Positions 11,588 to 23,000 of a stretch of DNA of 64,000 nucleotides are shown one piece after another. Under the pieces are notes generated by a model. That model was not told where the DNA came from and made no database searches. It saw only the letters and a list, made by a program, of their open reading frames with translations. Source of the DNA: Spizellomyces punctatus DAOM BR117 (taxonomy: Eukaryota); assembly GCA_000182565.2 (NCBI GenBank), contig KQ257466.1, one strand, 5' to 3'. Each line of letters begins with the position of its first letter. Within the stretch, counting starts at the first letter, position 1. The position numbers and the translations under genes are program-made.

Positions 11588-12063
11588 GGTCCCCGATGCT
11601 CAAGTAGATATTATTGAGCTGGAAGAATTAGAATTCCCTTTTGGAGATGAGATGCGCTTACAATTATGTTTGCAGCGCATCATGCATTAATCAGATTGAT
11701 GTTCAGTGTTAATTTTGTCAAGTACTTGCATTGTCGAGTGGTGATAGAAAAGCAGGCAGGGCCTTGTGGGAACCAATGGCATTAAAGAGGGGTTTACTTT
11801 TGTTGGACCCATTCCAAAGTATGATTTCAATTATTTACTCTCAGAAATGACACGAATGTCCGCCGGAGGCCCGTGAGGGGTGTGTGGAGGCCCACCAAAC
11901 GTCTCATGGAACTTTTTGGCAGCTCCAGATGCGCTCAATCACCCTGCAAGCAAACAACATCTGTCATCTCCCGCGGGTGCCCAAACGGTGGGTTGGGGTA
12001 CGGATGCCCATGTAATCCCCATGTGTGGGTGGGTACCCATGACGCGCCCGCGTGGGTGCCTGC

Positions 12064-12416
12064 TTTCATCGGAAATGACAAAGGACGGAAACTTGAATAA
12101 CTCTGCGAGTTATTAAGTTATCGACAAGATCAAAACGGTTCTAGAAAGCCCTGAATCGTGGCTACAAGAATGTTAAAACGGTTTCTTAGTTAATTGTCTT
12201 ACACGCTCAAAAGTAGAGGTTGAAAGTCAGGAAGTCATCATGTGATCTGTCCTATACTTAGCACCCGCATTTTTCTACAATACAACTATTTCACTATTCT
12301 GTTGACACTTAGAGATGTTCCGCAGTGACAGCATAGCTTCTAACAGAGCTATCCACCTCTCAGGTGCACCAAGTCTAGTTGCAGGAGCAAGCCCTAAAAC
12401 TCAACCTTACCCAACA
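12064..12416 (-). mobile_element. Second, diverged copy of the same LTR in opposite orientation, 3' end truncated or unclear
   Basis: The reverse complement begins TGTTGGGTAA and shares long blocks with 9513-9815 (GCAACTAGACTT, GATAGCTCTGTTAGAAGCTATGCTG, GATTCAGGGCTTTCTAGAACCGTTTTG, CGATGAAA). Confidence 0.8.
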
Positions 12417-13130
12417 CTTCTCATGCTCTTGGTAGGACTTTCCCTACCCCCTAGTGCCAGCTCCCTCAACCTTCAGGTCTCATAGGCATCTCGGACCCAC
12501 TCCCAAATCATCGGTTCTTAACCATGCATGCTGCCCAGTGTCCACACCTAGGTCCTTCTGAGCATCCTTCACCAAGTGATAGTGCCGCCACACCTCTGTG
12601 GTCCGGTGCTTGGCATACTTCTGTTCTGCCCATAGAGCATAATTCTCTCAGTAGGCCACTTTCTCACTCTGCAATCATCATGCACTTTGGCTGAACCTTC
12701 TTTTCTGCAGGAACTTTACCTCCTCACAAAGGTCTGACTCCTTGTTGTTGTGATTTCCAGCAACTGTTGTGCTTCCTACCCTCACAACTGGGTTGTCTGC
12801 AGTGGTTGAATACACATGAAAAACGGTGACTACGTGAATGACCAGAACTGAGCAACTGTTATTGTTGATCATTAAAACGCTTGCCTTCTCTATTGTATAC
12901 TCAGCTAACCCTAACCCTAAAAAAAATCCTAATCCACACCTGTGACCGAAGCGACACACGTGTGAGAATACTGTGATTGCTCCAATCACAACACTCGTTT
13001 GCCACTGTGGTCACCACAACCCTTGCCACTGGTACCCTTCTTTGCAAGTTGCTTGCCATTTGTCTAACAACCACTGCATAACATTGGAGCATACACACTC
13101 AACAGATGAATACCATAAGGATAATCAGCG

Positions 13131-13263
13131 TGTTAGGGGTCTTTGATGCGCCTGGATTGGTACGCTCCGTAGGGGCATACTTATAGAACACGCAGGCACA
13201 GACCGACATCGGAGTGTACCATAGGTCTAAGTAGAGCTTTCTTGAGTGTGTTGTACGACAACA
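13131..13263 (-). mobile_element. Possible short LTR-like segment abutting the truncated copia RT
   Basis: The minus strand reads TGTTG...CTAACA with an internal TATAAG and begins exactly where RT homology (LKQSP-like) stops. No TSD seen. Confidence 0.35.
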
Positions 13264-15105
13264 GGGGGAATTGCTTTAAACTGAAAGAGCTTTTCTTAAA
13301 CGCAGCACCCATTCACTACGCGGGTGGCCGGCGGCCTCATAGCCCTCAAATTGCTCGATGTAGACTTTTTTGTCCATGGGACTATTCAGGAAAGCGGTTT
13401 CAGCATCCATAGTGTGAATGTCCATCCGTTTTTGAACAGAATATGCGAGGAATAAACGCAGCGCGGGAAATGCGAGAATCGGTGCGTAGGTATCCAAGTA
13501 ATCGAGACCGAATTGTTGAATGAAGCCTTGGGCTACAGCTCTGGACTTGAAGTTGCTGAATGAGCCATCTGGATTGACCTTTCGGACAGAATACCTAATG
13601 GCTGCCGACTACGCGCTTGTTCGGCGGACGTCGAACTCGTTCCCAAGTCTCACTATCGACTAGTGATTTGTGCTCTTTGGCGGCTGCCTCCATGTACTGC
13701 TTCGCATTCTCAGATGCCATGGCTTGTTTCCATGATAGAGCGTTGGGATCGACGGTTTGCGCGATCGCGTGGCGTATGCAAAAGTCGAGTAGGCATGAGT
13801 GCGGTTTTCCCAGAATTCAAGAGCGCTAGTGTCTTGAAGGATTTCTGCCAGCTCCCAGGTGGGAGTTGTATATCCAACTTGAGCAAGTATTGTTTCCCGT
13901 GCGCCCGGTGGTTGCATTCATGTAGAATTTTCTTGATAGGATATTCGTCATCGTCTTCTCCATGCGCCGGGTCGAGAAGATCGAGTGTGGCGGGATCTTG
14001 TTGATGGGCCAATTCCGGGCCCTTGTCCTCTTGAAGAACCACATCGCGGGAGATCGCCACCTCATCATGGCCGGGGTCCCACGAAAGATAAGGCTTGGTG
14101 CCCGTAGGGTGTCCATAGCCGAGTAGGTAACAATTCCGTGCTCTGTTCCCCATTTTATCTCTTCTTTTCAAAAGGATGACCATATAAGCCACGCATCCGA
14201 TACGCAGCAGGTGGGCAACGTCAGGACGCTTGCCAGTTAGTACCTCGTGGGGCGTCTTGCCGGTTAGGCGGGTCCAACTGAGAGAGTGGAGATATACTGC
14301 CATTTGTAGCAGCACAGGCCAAAATCTTGTGGAAGCTTGGTTTCAGCGAAGATTGCTCGTACACGATCGAGTGCTGTACGATGCCAGCGTTCGGTGCTGC
14401 CGTTTTGCTGACTAGAATAGGCTGCATATGTCTGGTGCTGGATTCCATGTTCAACCAGATATTTCTTAACAGCGCCGAGGTATTCAGTGCCCCGGTCGGT
14501 ATGCAAAATCTTGATGGATCGACTGGTAAGCTTTTCTATCCATGCTTTATATTCAATAAACTTCGCCAGGATGGTTTTCAAGTCCTTGGTTGCAATGGGA
14601 TAGACTGCTGCCACTCTGGATTTGTGTTCGATGAACTCCAGAGAATAACGCGACCCGTCGTAGCCGGGAATCTGAAATGGGCCTTGCAAATCGGAATGTA
14701 CGAGGTCACAAAGTTCCCTTGGTTCGTCATTACCAGAAAGGAAAGGAAGTCTGGCTGCTTTGGCCAACCAGCAGGGTTCGCAATCTTTGATTGTATTAAA
14801 ATCACCCACTACGGACCAACCGTCCGTAGCGTCTGCCATCTTTGGCAATACATGTTTACCGCAGTGTCCTAGTCTAGCATGGGCAATTTCGGTAGAGACT
14901 TCTACAGTGCAGGCTTCCGCGTCCAACCCAAGGCTTTGCCGCGGCGTACACCTTTAGCGATGTCTTGGCCGTCGTGCGTGAAAACTACTTCACCGGTATG
15001 CTTGAAAAGAACATCGACGCCGTGAGCATTACATTTTGAAACGGAGAGCAGGTCGTGTCACAAACTGGGTACATGCACAACGTCGCGCAGCTCGAGCGGA
15101 TTGGA
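13264..15105 (-). mobile_element. Degenerate Ty1/copia LTR retrotransposon pol fragment (protease end - GAG-pre-integrase - integrase - chromodomain-like - partial RT)
   Basis: Domains are in copia order on the minus strand: LRDVVHVPSL*HDLLSVSK (protease C-terminal region), HARLGH..CEPC, LVHSDLQGP, LHTDRGTEY, QQNGSTER, TPHEVLTGKRPDVAHL, ISRDVV, then RT FKSRAVAQGFIQQFGLDYLDTYAP..MDAETAFLNS..VYIEQFEGY..LRLRKAL. Several frameshifts and stops; RT C-half and RNase H are absent. Confidence 0.93.
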
Positions 15106-15331
15106 AAAGTCTTTCATTCCGACGCGGATAGTACCGCAAACCATAGAACTGATCGAGCGTTTGCCTGCAAGGGTGACCTTTCTTATATCTTCATTAACAC
15201 ACTCGCAAAACGGATATTTCCTTGCAATTATGTTCACCAGACTGATTCAACTTTTTGTATCATTCAAGGCGGGTGTCCTTAAACAATAGTTCAATCACCG
15301 TATTCTAACATCCAAGGCAAATTGTGTTTAC

Positions 15332-16442
15332 TTACTTTTTAGCCGCCATCCAATCTTTCAACAACACTTTACCACACGCGCACATCTCCGCATTCCGTTT
15401 ATTAGCCGGTAATGCCCAATACCCCCGTTCCGCACTCCGCAGCTCCTCCATTGCCTCACGTTCAACCTTTTTCTTTGTCTTTTCCCACACTTTAACGAAT
15501 CCAGGGGACTTTTGTCCTGCGTTACGTGCTGCATCCAGGTTTTGGTCCAATAGTTGGTGGTAGTTGGTGTGGATGTGCACAATATGCATGTGACGCATGG
15601 TTTTGACGGCATCAGGGAGTGTGACATTGTTGATACCCTGAATGTAATCATTGCATGTCTTTGAATCGTCTCGGAGGTCAAGATGGTAGACTTTAAGTTC
15701 TTTTGCAAGCTTTTCCCGTCGGGCTTGGATGCGGGCTTTAGTATGCATTTCTCTAGCTTTTTCGAGATTGCGCATTTTCTTGTGCATTGCTGCGAGGCCT
15801 TTGGGACCGTGGTATTTGGCATATGCGTAGGCGGCAACGTCAGAGCGCAAGTAGAGATGCATTGGGCGTGTGCTTCTGTACCGTGGATTTTTACGCCGGA
15901 CATAATAGAGTTTGGATAAATCCTTCTCGGTTAATACGTATTCCTTTTTGGCGTTTGTTTTAGGGATGGTTTCATCTGGATGGCATTTTGTACAATTTTG
16001 TTTGCCAGTGAACTCTGAAAGTAGTTTTGTCGTCCCGCAGGCCTTGCACTGGGTGTCCAAGACCTAAAACAAGCGGGGTAAGAACCATCTATCTCAAATT
16101 CCAATACAATTCAATTACCCTATTGTCTAGCTCAGCACTTAATAGGATTGCACGATCGAACCTCAGAATCTGCCTCTCTTGCCAGAACTGTCGCCGAGAC
16201 AGTATTTGCCGCCACACTCGAGCTGTTTGAGACAGGCTTCTAGCATCAGTGGGATCAATCAATTCACATATCCTCTGCTTTAGCTCGAACGAGAGCCCTT
16301 GTAAGGTAGCTGTTTCTGACACCTGTACAACTGCTTGACCGTCGGACGGTGTAACTATCTCCATCGGACAAGTCTGATGGGATGAGATACTTTGGCATGG
16401 TTTGTCATCCTCCATAGCATCCTCCTCCTGTAGACTGCACAT
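15332..16442 (-). CDS. F-box protein with C4 Zn-finger and XPA/Rad14 C-terminal-like domain, 2 exons
   Basis: Exon 1 carries an F-box-like LQGLSFELKQRICELIDPTDARSLSQTARVWRQIL. A 55-nt GT-AG intron (16064-16118) joins in frame to CKAC..CTKC, then IPKTNAKKEYVLTEKDL..RKNPRY..PMHLYLRSDV (XPA-C pattern), then LDLRDDSKTCNDYI. Confidence 0.75.
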
Positions 16443-17018
16443 TGATGGTTTTCGTGTGTTAAGAGTGTCAGAGGTCGTTGTCGTGTGTTAAGAGTCTCAG
16501 AGAATCAACAAATGGTTCGTATGAAAACAAGACTATAATTGGGAAGCTTTGAACGGGTCCTCCGTTACGTCATGCACAAAAGCCTCACGGCTTGACTCAT
16601 ATGTGTTCTGCTCATATCAACCATTGTATGTGGTGCATTGTCTACACATGGCCTGGTGGAAGCACCTTCAAGTGTCGCTTAAATTTACTGTCCTGGCAAT
16701 AGATGGACCGTTTGCGCGACTTGGGCTGCGAACTGAGGGTATGGAAATGAACCCAGTTCCAGACCGCAAAGAAACGCGGCAGACCGCTGCTACGAGCAAA
16801 GACCGCATAACGAGGAACAAGAAACAACCAAATCTAGTCAAGCGAGCGAGATGTATGCATCCTGCTTGGGGCATCTCTCAAGGGAAGCGCGAGCCAGAGG
16901 CTCGTCGGAGGATGTCACGTGCATGCTTACGAGGCGCGTACACGTTACTGCGGAGTCTGGTTCAGCAAGATCTGTACGTAGTTCTAGCAGCTTTTACGCA
17001 CATCGCCGGGGTCCCATC

Positions 17019-20000
17019 ATGTTGGAGGGTTCGGTCCTTCCTCCCAAGGAGGGAGAGGATGCTGCAAACTCAACAACAGCTGGACATGTATCCATGTCAC
17101 GATCCCCTTCACAATCGTCGCGACAACAACTCACGTCGTACCTCTCATCCGACCGCTCCGCATCTCCACCCATGCGACACGCCAGCTCTGCTGCATTCCG
17201 AAAAAAGAGTTCTCCCTATGGTTACAAAACTGTTGAAGAGAGGAGGGCGGAAGAACGAGCCCATGCACTGGCGGCTAGATTGCATACTGTCGCCGGCAAG
17301 GGTGAAATACCACGCTTTGACGTCAGAAGAGTCATGGCGTTGCCAAAAAGACCGGGAAGCGGGGAACGTCTGATGCCACTGGACAATCATTCAATCCATG
17401 GATCTGCCGAGGCCGTGTCACCAGCTGCTGTAAGTATCTGCCAAAAAAGTGTGGTTCAGGACCAAATCATTCAATGAGATCTTGTATTTCTACAGTCCCG
17501 CCCACGGGAAAGATCCGAAAGATCCGTACTAAGAGCCAAAAAGCCACTCGTCATACCCGCTAGCTCCGCGCGATCCCAATCCGGCAAACGGGCGTTACAG
17601 ATGGCCTCTGAGCTCAAAGGTGTGAACGATATCCACATGCCTCACAAAGCGACTGAAGAGCCACTCAGTAGGCCGCCATTAGCATTTCGCGCACTCACAC
17701 CTCCAGTTATTCCTCCCATCGGTACCAGTTCAAGAGACCAGCCCGATGTCAAACGGATTCGCATATCCGAACCCGGCAGGCGAGAACAAGTTGAAATGGA
17801 CAGAGTGGAATACCCAGCGTCGAAACCCGTTCTACAGCAGATAGACGAGGGTGTGGTGACAAAGCGAGCGACAAAGGACCTATTTGCCTTTATCCGTCAT
17901 TTAGAATCGTGTCCTACCTCGAAAGAGTTTGTGTATTTGAACGCTGTAAAACTGTCGGTAAAGCGGGGACAGCCGACTTTCAACCCCTATAATCTTGAGA
18001 TTGTAGACTACGCCGATGTGGATAAAGACGGAGGATACTATACTATCAGTGCAGCGGTAAGCCTTGTTATCATACATCTCCGCCTCATTTTCGTTGCACG
18101 TCTGACAATGGTTGGAACAATATCAGGGAGTAACGCACTTTGATCATCAAGGCCACGGTGATTTTACACCTCTAAATCAGTGGCTCCGAGAATATAAGCT
18201 GTTTCATAATTTATTGCGCATCCCCTTTTTTGCAAGATATCGCTTGTGGAAGTGCTTCAGCCTCTGGCGCAGAACAGTGCTTCATACGAAAATCACGCAA
18301 AACCGTCGACAACTGGCCAAGAACCTGTTCCTAGTTCACCCGATTCTTCGATCAACCCTTTTGGAAATTCGCGTCAGATGCGTTGATGTGCTCACCAACA
18401 AGCGATTAGTTAAGTTACAAGAGCAGCACAGCTACGAGCTAGCGGACTTTGTGAAGGAGCAGAAGGCTTGGGTTGAGGAAAGTGCGGGCTCTTTAAAAGA
18501 ATGGGAGACTACCGTACGCCGACTGGTAGAGCAGGCTGGAGTGGCGTGTTTGCGGGAAAAGGGCTTTGAAGTGGAATGGGCAGAAAATCACCAGGGAGAA
18601 TCTGGAGATAAACCTGATGAGTTGGCGCCTTTATCGAGTGGCAGTCGGCCCACAAGTGCTCTAAAGAAAGCCGTGGAGGAAATTGAACCTCGAAAATTGA
18701 CTTACACGGAGCAAGCTGCTCGACGCACGGAATGTCGTCGTCTTCAACGTTTTGTCAAGCTCGCCGATTACATGATCGTCACAACCCTTCATATCTTGAC
18801 CATTGAAAGTGTACGTGATCTTTTACGGTTCGTCCTCCGTGGATGCATGGATGAAGATGTGTTCGTAGACTCTTCCGGCAGCGGATCCATTGTGATCTCT
18901 GACCCTGGAATGCTTGGCGAAGGGCGCTTGTCAGAATTACTGCAGAATGAAGACAATGGTCGTGCTCGACCTGGCTTGGAACGAACTGGCTCTGTCAGCG
19001 GTGCAGATGCGTTTGGTATGGCTCCCAATGGTGGTGTCCAGGTTGGCGGTGTTGTTGTAGGCGAGGAGGTCGGAACAACGGAACTTGCCGATGCTGGGTT
19101 CGACGGCTTCTTTGGCATTTTGAGTCGGATTATTAAGGCTGCAATGCCAAAGTTGGAGTTGATTGAAGTTATTGAAGAACAAGGGCTCATGGCTGGAGGC
19201 ACGAACATGATGGACGTAGACGATCGACTGGTTCCTGCCGATGGAGCTGGAAAAAAAGTCGGAGATACGAAAGCGGCAAGCAATATCTCCTCCAATCATG
19301 GAAAGGAAAAGGAGAAGGCCGCCTTCGTTCCGCTCTTCCGTACTGAGCTTCTCTTACAGCTTGCTGCCGCTGTGCGGAATCTCTACTTTGCACCCTCCCT
19401 CCCAGACTATCTTGCAGCAATTGACATCCTCTTCAAACTATATCTCAATACTGTCGAGAAAGTCTCTCTTCTCACAAATACGATATCTTATCTGGACCCT
19501 GCCAGCGTTTCTGGCGGAGCTTACTCGTCTGTTCGAGGCTTGGAAGAGGCAGAGTACGGCGAAGGTCCTCAAATTACCGCAATCATAACAGAGGGTGCGT
19601 ACTTTAGGGAAGTATGTGGCCGTATTCGCGGTGTGCTTGTGGGTATCTTCTCTAATGCGGCAAAGTGGATGAAGACTTGGGAGGAGGTTCGTGGAATGTG
19701 GGTTGAGAACGAAGAGTTTGAGGGGTTAAGGGCCTTGGAGGCAGCTGCGGGTCATGTAGCCGTTGTGCTGGCTACTGCCGGGAATCAACCTGTTGAGGGA
19801 GGGGTTGCGGCCGTGTTAATGGCCTCCTTAGCGAATACTGTCGAGCCGTCGAACGGAGACCAAGAGGAGAGCGAGGGCACGCAGACAGAAAAGCAATCGA
19901 GTATCCTCGAACTAGGATCTACAATTATTACTCGCCCGGACGGTACAACCTTCTCTCCAGTCGTTGACTTTTTCGAGCATCACCTCGCCAAATTCTCCTC

Positions 20001-23000
20001 TCAGCGTCAAACGATGGCGGCAATTCCAACCACCTCCGTGATCAACAACCTGCTTATTGACACTACGAAACTCAAAAGCATTCTTGTCCCGAGTCCAGAA
20101 AGATGTTTTGCGGAAGTTGCCAAGATCTTACCTGGTCTTGCGAGGGATAAGAATGAGTTGCTGTTGAATGAAGTTCAGACATGGGTTAGAATTCTCAATA
20201 CCCAGCCTGGAAACGTTGAAGGCTTTGTCGAATACTTGGAGTGGCTTGAGAAAGGTACTATAAGAGATTGCTCACATCAATCTAAATAATGACACTCATC
20301 ACTTGGACATTTCCGCTATAGTTAAGGACTCGATGCCCCTTGTGGAGCAACTTTACGATGAGGTCACACGCCTCTACAACTTGATGGATCAGTACAAGAT
20401 TGCAATTCAGCCGACAGACCTGGCATTGTACCAAACCTTGGGACCAACCCTTCGCCAATTGAAAGAAGCCGTCGATATGGCGTCGGACACGAAAGAAGAG
20501 AACATCAACAAATTCTCGGCGGAACTTGATAAATCAATGGGAGACCTCATGACGGAAGTTTCAGAGATTCGCAATCGCGCACAAGACCCAATGGTGCTCA
20601 ATCCGGGTGCCAAGAGTGACATGGTTATCAAATTCCTGGAGGACTTACGAGGACAGTTGGAGAAGGTTGATGCTACAAAAGGACGGTATGAAACATGGGG
20701 TGAGCTTTTCAAAGATGGCGGAAGTGTGGCAGCTATGAAGAAGGGTGCTGCGGCGGCCGCGGAGCCGGGAAAGGCTGCGATCCCTGGTGTACCAACTAAA
20801 ATGGGGGAGTTGGAGGAGACGAAGAATGAGGTGGAGCTGAAAAGAACGCTCTGGATGAGTTTGAAAGACTGGGAAGTCATTACTCGGTAGGTGTTCGAGT
20901 TTACCCAAGTAGTGCTCCATAAGACGATAAATGTAACATTGCAATGTCCCTTCTTCGTGCACTAGGTCCTGGAAAGAAGGGTCATTTGATATGCTGAACA
21001 CGGAGGACATCAACAACCAAATCCAAGCTTACATCAAAACCGTCTATAACCTGGACAAGGGTCTCCCGCCAAACGAAGTCGTTCCTCGACTCAAAGCCAT
21101 GGTTGATGAGTACCGAAGCATGTATCCGACGATTGTTGACCTCCGCAATCCCGCCCTCAAGCCGCGACATTGGGAAAGATTCACAGACGCCCTCGGAAAG
21201 CACTGGTGAAAGACGAAACGTTCACCTTGGAGAGGCTGATGGACCTCCGCGTTTTTGATTTCAAAGACGAAATCAGTAACGTCTCGAGTCAAGCTGGTTC
21301 TGAAGCAGCCTTGGAAGAGATGTTGGGTAAAGTTATCAAAAACTGGAACGAGGCCGAATTTATTGTTGCTTCCTATCGAGACGCCAAGGATGTATTTATT
21401 CTGGGCACCGTCGACGATATACAAACATTGCTAGAGGACAGTCAGGTCACCATTGCGACAATCAAAGGATCACGGTTTATTGGGCCCATTCGCACAGAAG
21501 TGGATAGATGGGACAAGCAGCTGACTTTGTTTGCTGAAACACTGGATGCATGGTTGACGTGTCAACGGAACTGGCTTTATCTTGAGAGCATCTTTTCTGC
21601 TCCAGACATCCAACGCCAACTTCCCGATGAAGCCCGAATGTTTGCTCAAGTCGACCGTAGCTGGAAGGACACGATGAGAAAAGTCTATCGAAATCCCAAT
21701 GCCATGAAATCTGGCACGACACCCGGTCTATTGGAAACAATGGGGCAAAATAATGTCCTTTTAGATCAGATTCAGAAATGTCTCGAAGACTATCTGGAGA
21801 GCAAGCGGCTACTGTTCCCCCGATTTTACTTCCTATCAAACGAAGAGCTCCTCGAAATCTTGTCCCAAACACGAAACCCGCAGGCAGTTCAACCACATCT
21901 CAGCAAGTGTTTCGATGCCATTAAATCTCTTGAATTCTCTTCATCGGATCCAAAGAGCATTGACATTGCCGCGATGGTCAGTCCCGAGGGTGAGCGCGTG
22001 CCATTCCTGAAAACAATCAAAGCCCGTGGTAACGTGGAGGCGTGGCTGGGAAGCGTGGAGGAAGGCATGGTAGCCGTTCTCCGGCGGTTGATTAAACAGG
22101 CATTGGCAGAGTTTGAGGATGCCAAGCGCGGGGATTGGGTTAGAGAACATGTTGGGCAGGTAGTTTTAACGGGAAATCAGGTCTTGTGGTGTAGAGATGT
22201 CGGCGAATGTTTGAAGACAGCAGATCCAGTCAAGAGTCTGGTGGCTTTCAAAGAAAAATGTGTCCGGGTAAGTAGGACACGCTACGAAATCTATTCGCAA
22301 TCATTCGGTTGGCATGTATAGCACTACGGTATCTAAAACCTTCCTAACCTTATAGAATCTTGCCGGCGTGGCCGCCCTCGTCCGTGGAGATCTTACCCGC
22401 ATCCAACGGGGCATTCTTGGTGCACTCATCACGATGGATGTGCATAATCGCGACATTGTCCAAAACCTCATTGACGCNNNNNNNNNNNNNNNNNNNNNNN
22501 NNNNNNNNNNNNNNNNNNNNNNNNNNNNNNNNNNNNNNNNNNNNNNNNNNNNNNNNNNNNNNNNNNNNNNNNNNNNNNNNNNNNNNNNNNNNNNNNNNNN
22601 NNNNNNNNNNNNNNNNNNNNNNNNNNNNNNNNNNNNNNNNNNNNNNNNNNNNNNNNNNNNNNNNNNNNNNNNNNNNNNNNNNNNNNNNNNNNNNNNNNNN
22701 NNNNNNNNNNNNNNNNNNNNNNNNNNNNNNNNNNNNNNNNNNNNNNNNNNNNNNNNNNNNNNNNNNNNNNNNNNNNNNNNNNNNNNNNNNNNNNNNNNNN
22801 NNNNNNNNNNNNNNNNNNNNNNNNNNNNNNNNNNNNNNNNNNNNNNNNNNNNGATTGGCTCAGTCCGGTGCTTGGTGTTGTTTTGATGAGTTCAACCGTA
22901 TCGATATCGAGGTGCTCTCCGTTATTGCTCAGCAGCTTTTGACAATAAAGAATGCAAAGGATATGAAAGCGACCAGGTTTATGTTCGAGGGAAGGGAGAT

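Noticed and set aside
9513-12416. A single TIR/foldback DNA transposon or DIRS-like element carrying the 7TM gene
   Set aside because: The left repeat has its own TG..CA ends and 5-bp TSD, so it is an independent solo LTR. No TSD flanks the whole 2.9-kb unit.
13205-13225. MVHSDVG peptide as a second integrase fragment
   Set aside because: Only a few residues with no flanking integrase similarity, and it lies within the putative LTR-like segment.
15332-16060. Canonical RAD14/XPA ortholog
   Set aside because: The F-box N-terminus and different C-terminal domain do not fit. It is treated as an XPA-like domain protein with no gene symbol.
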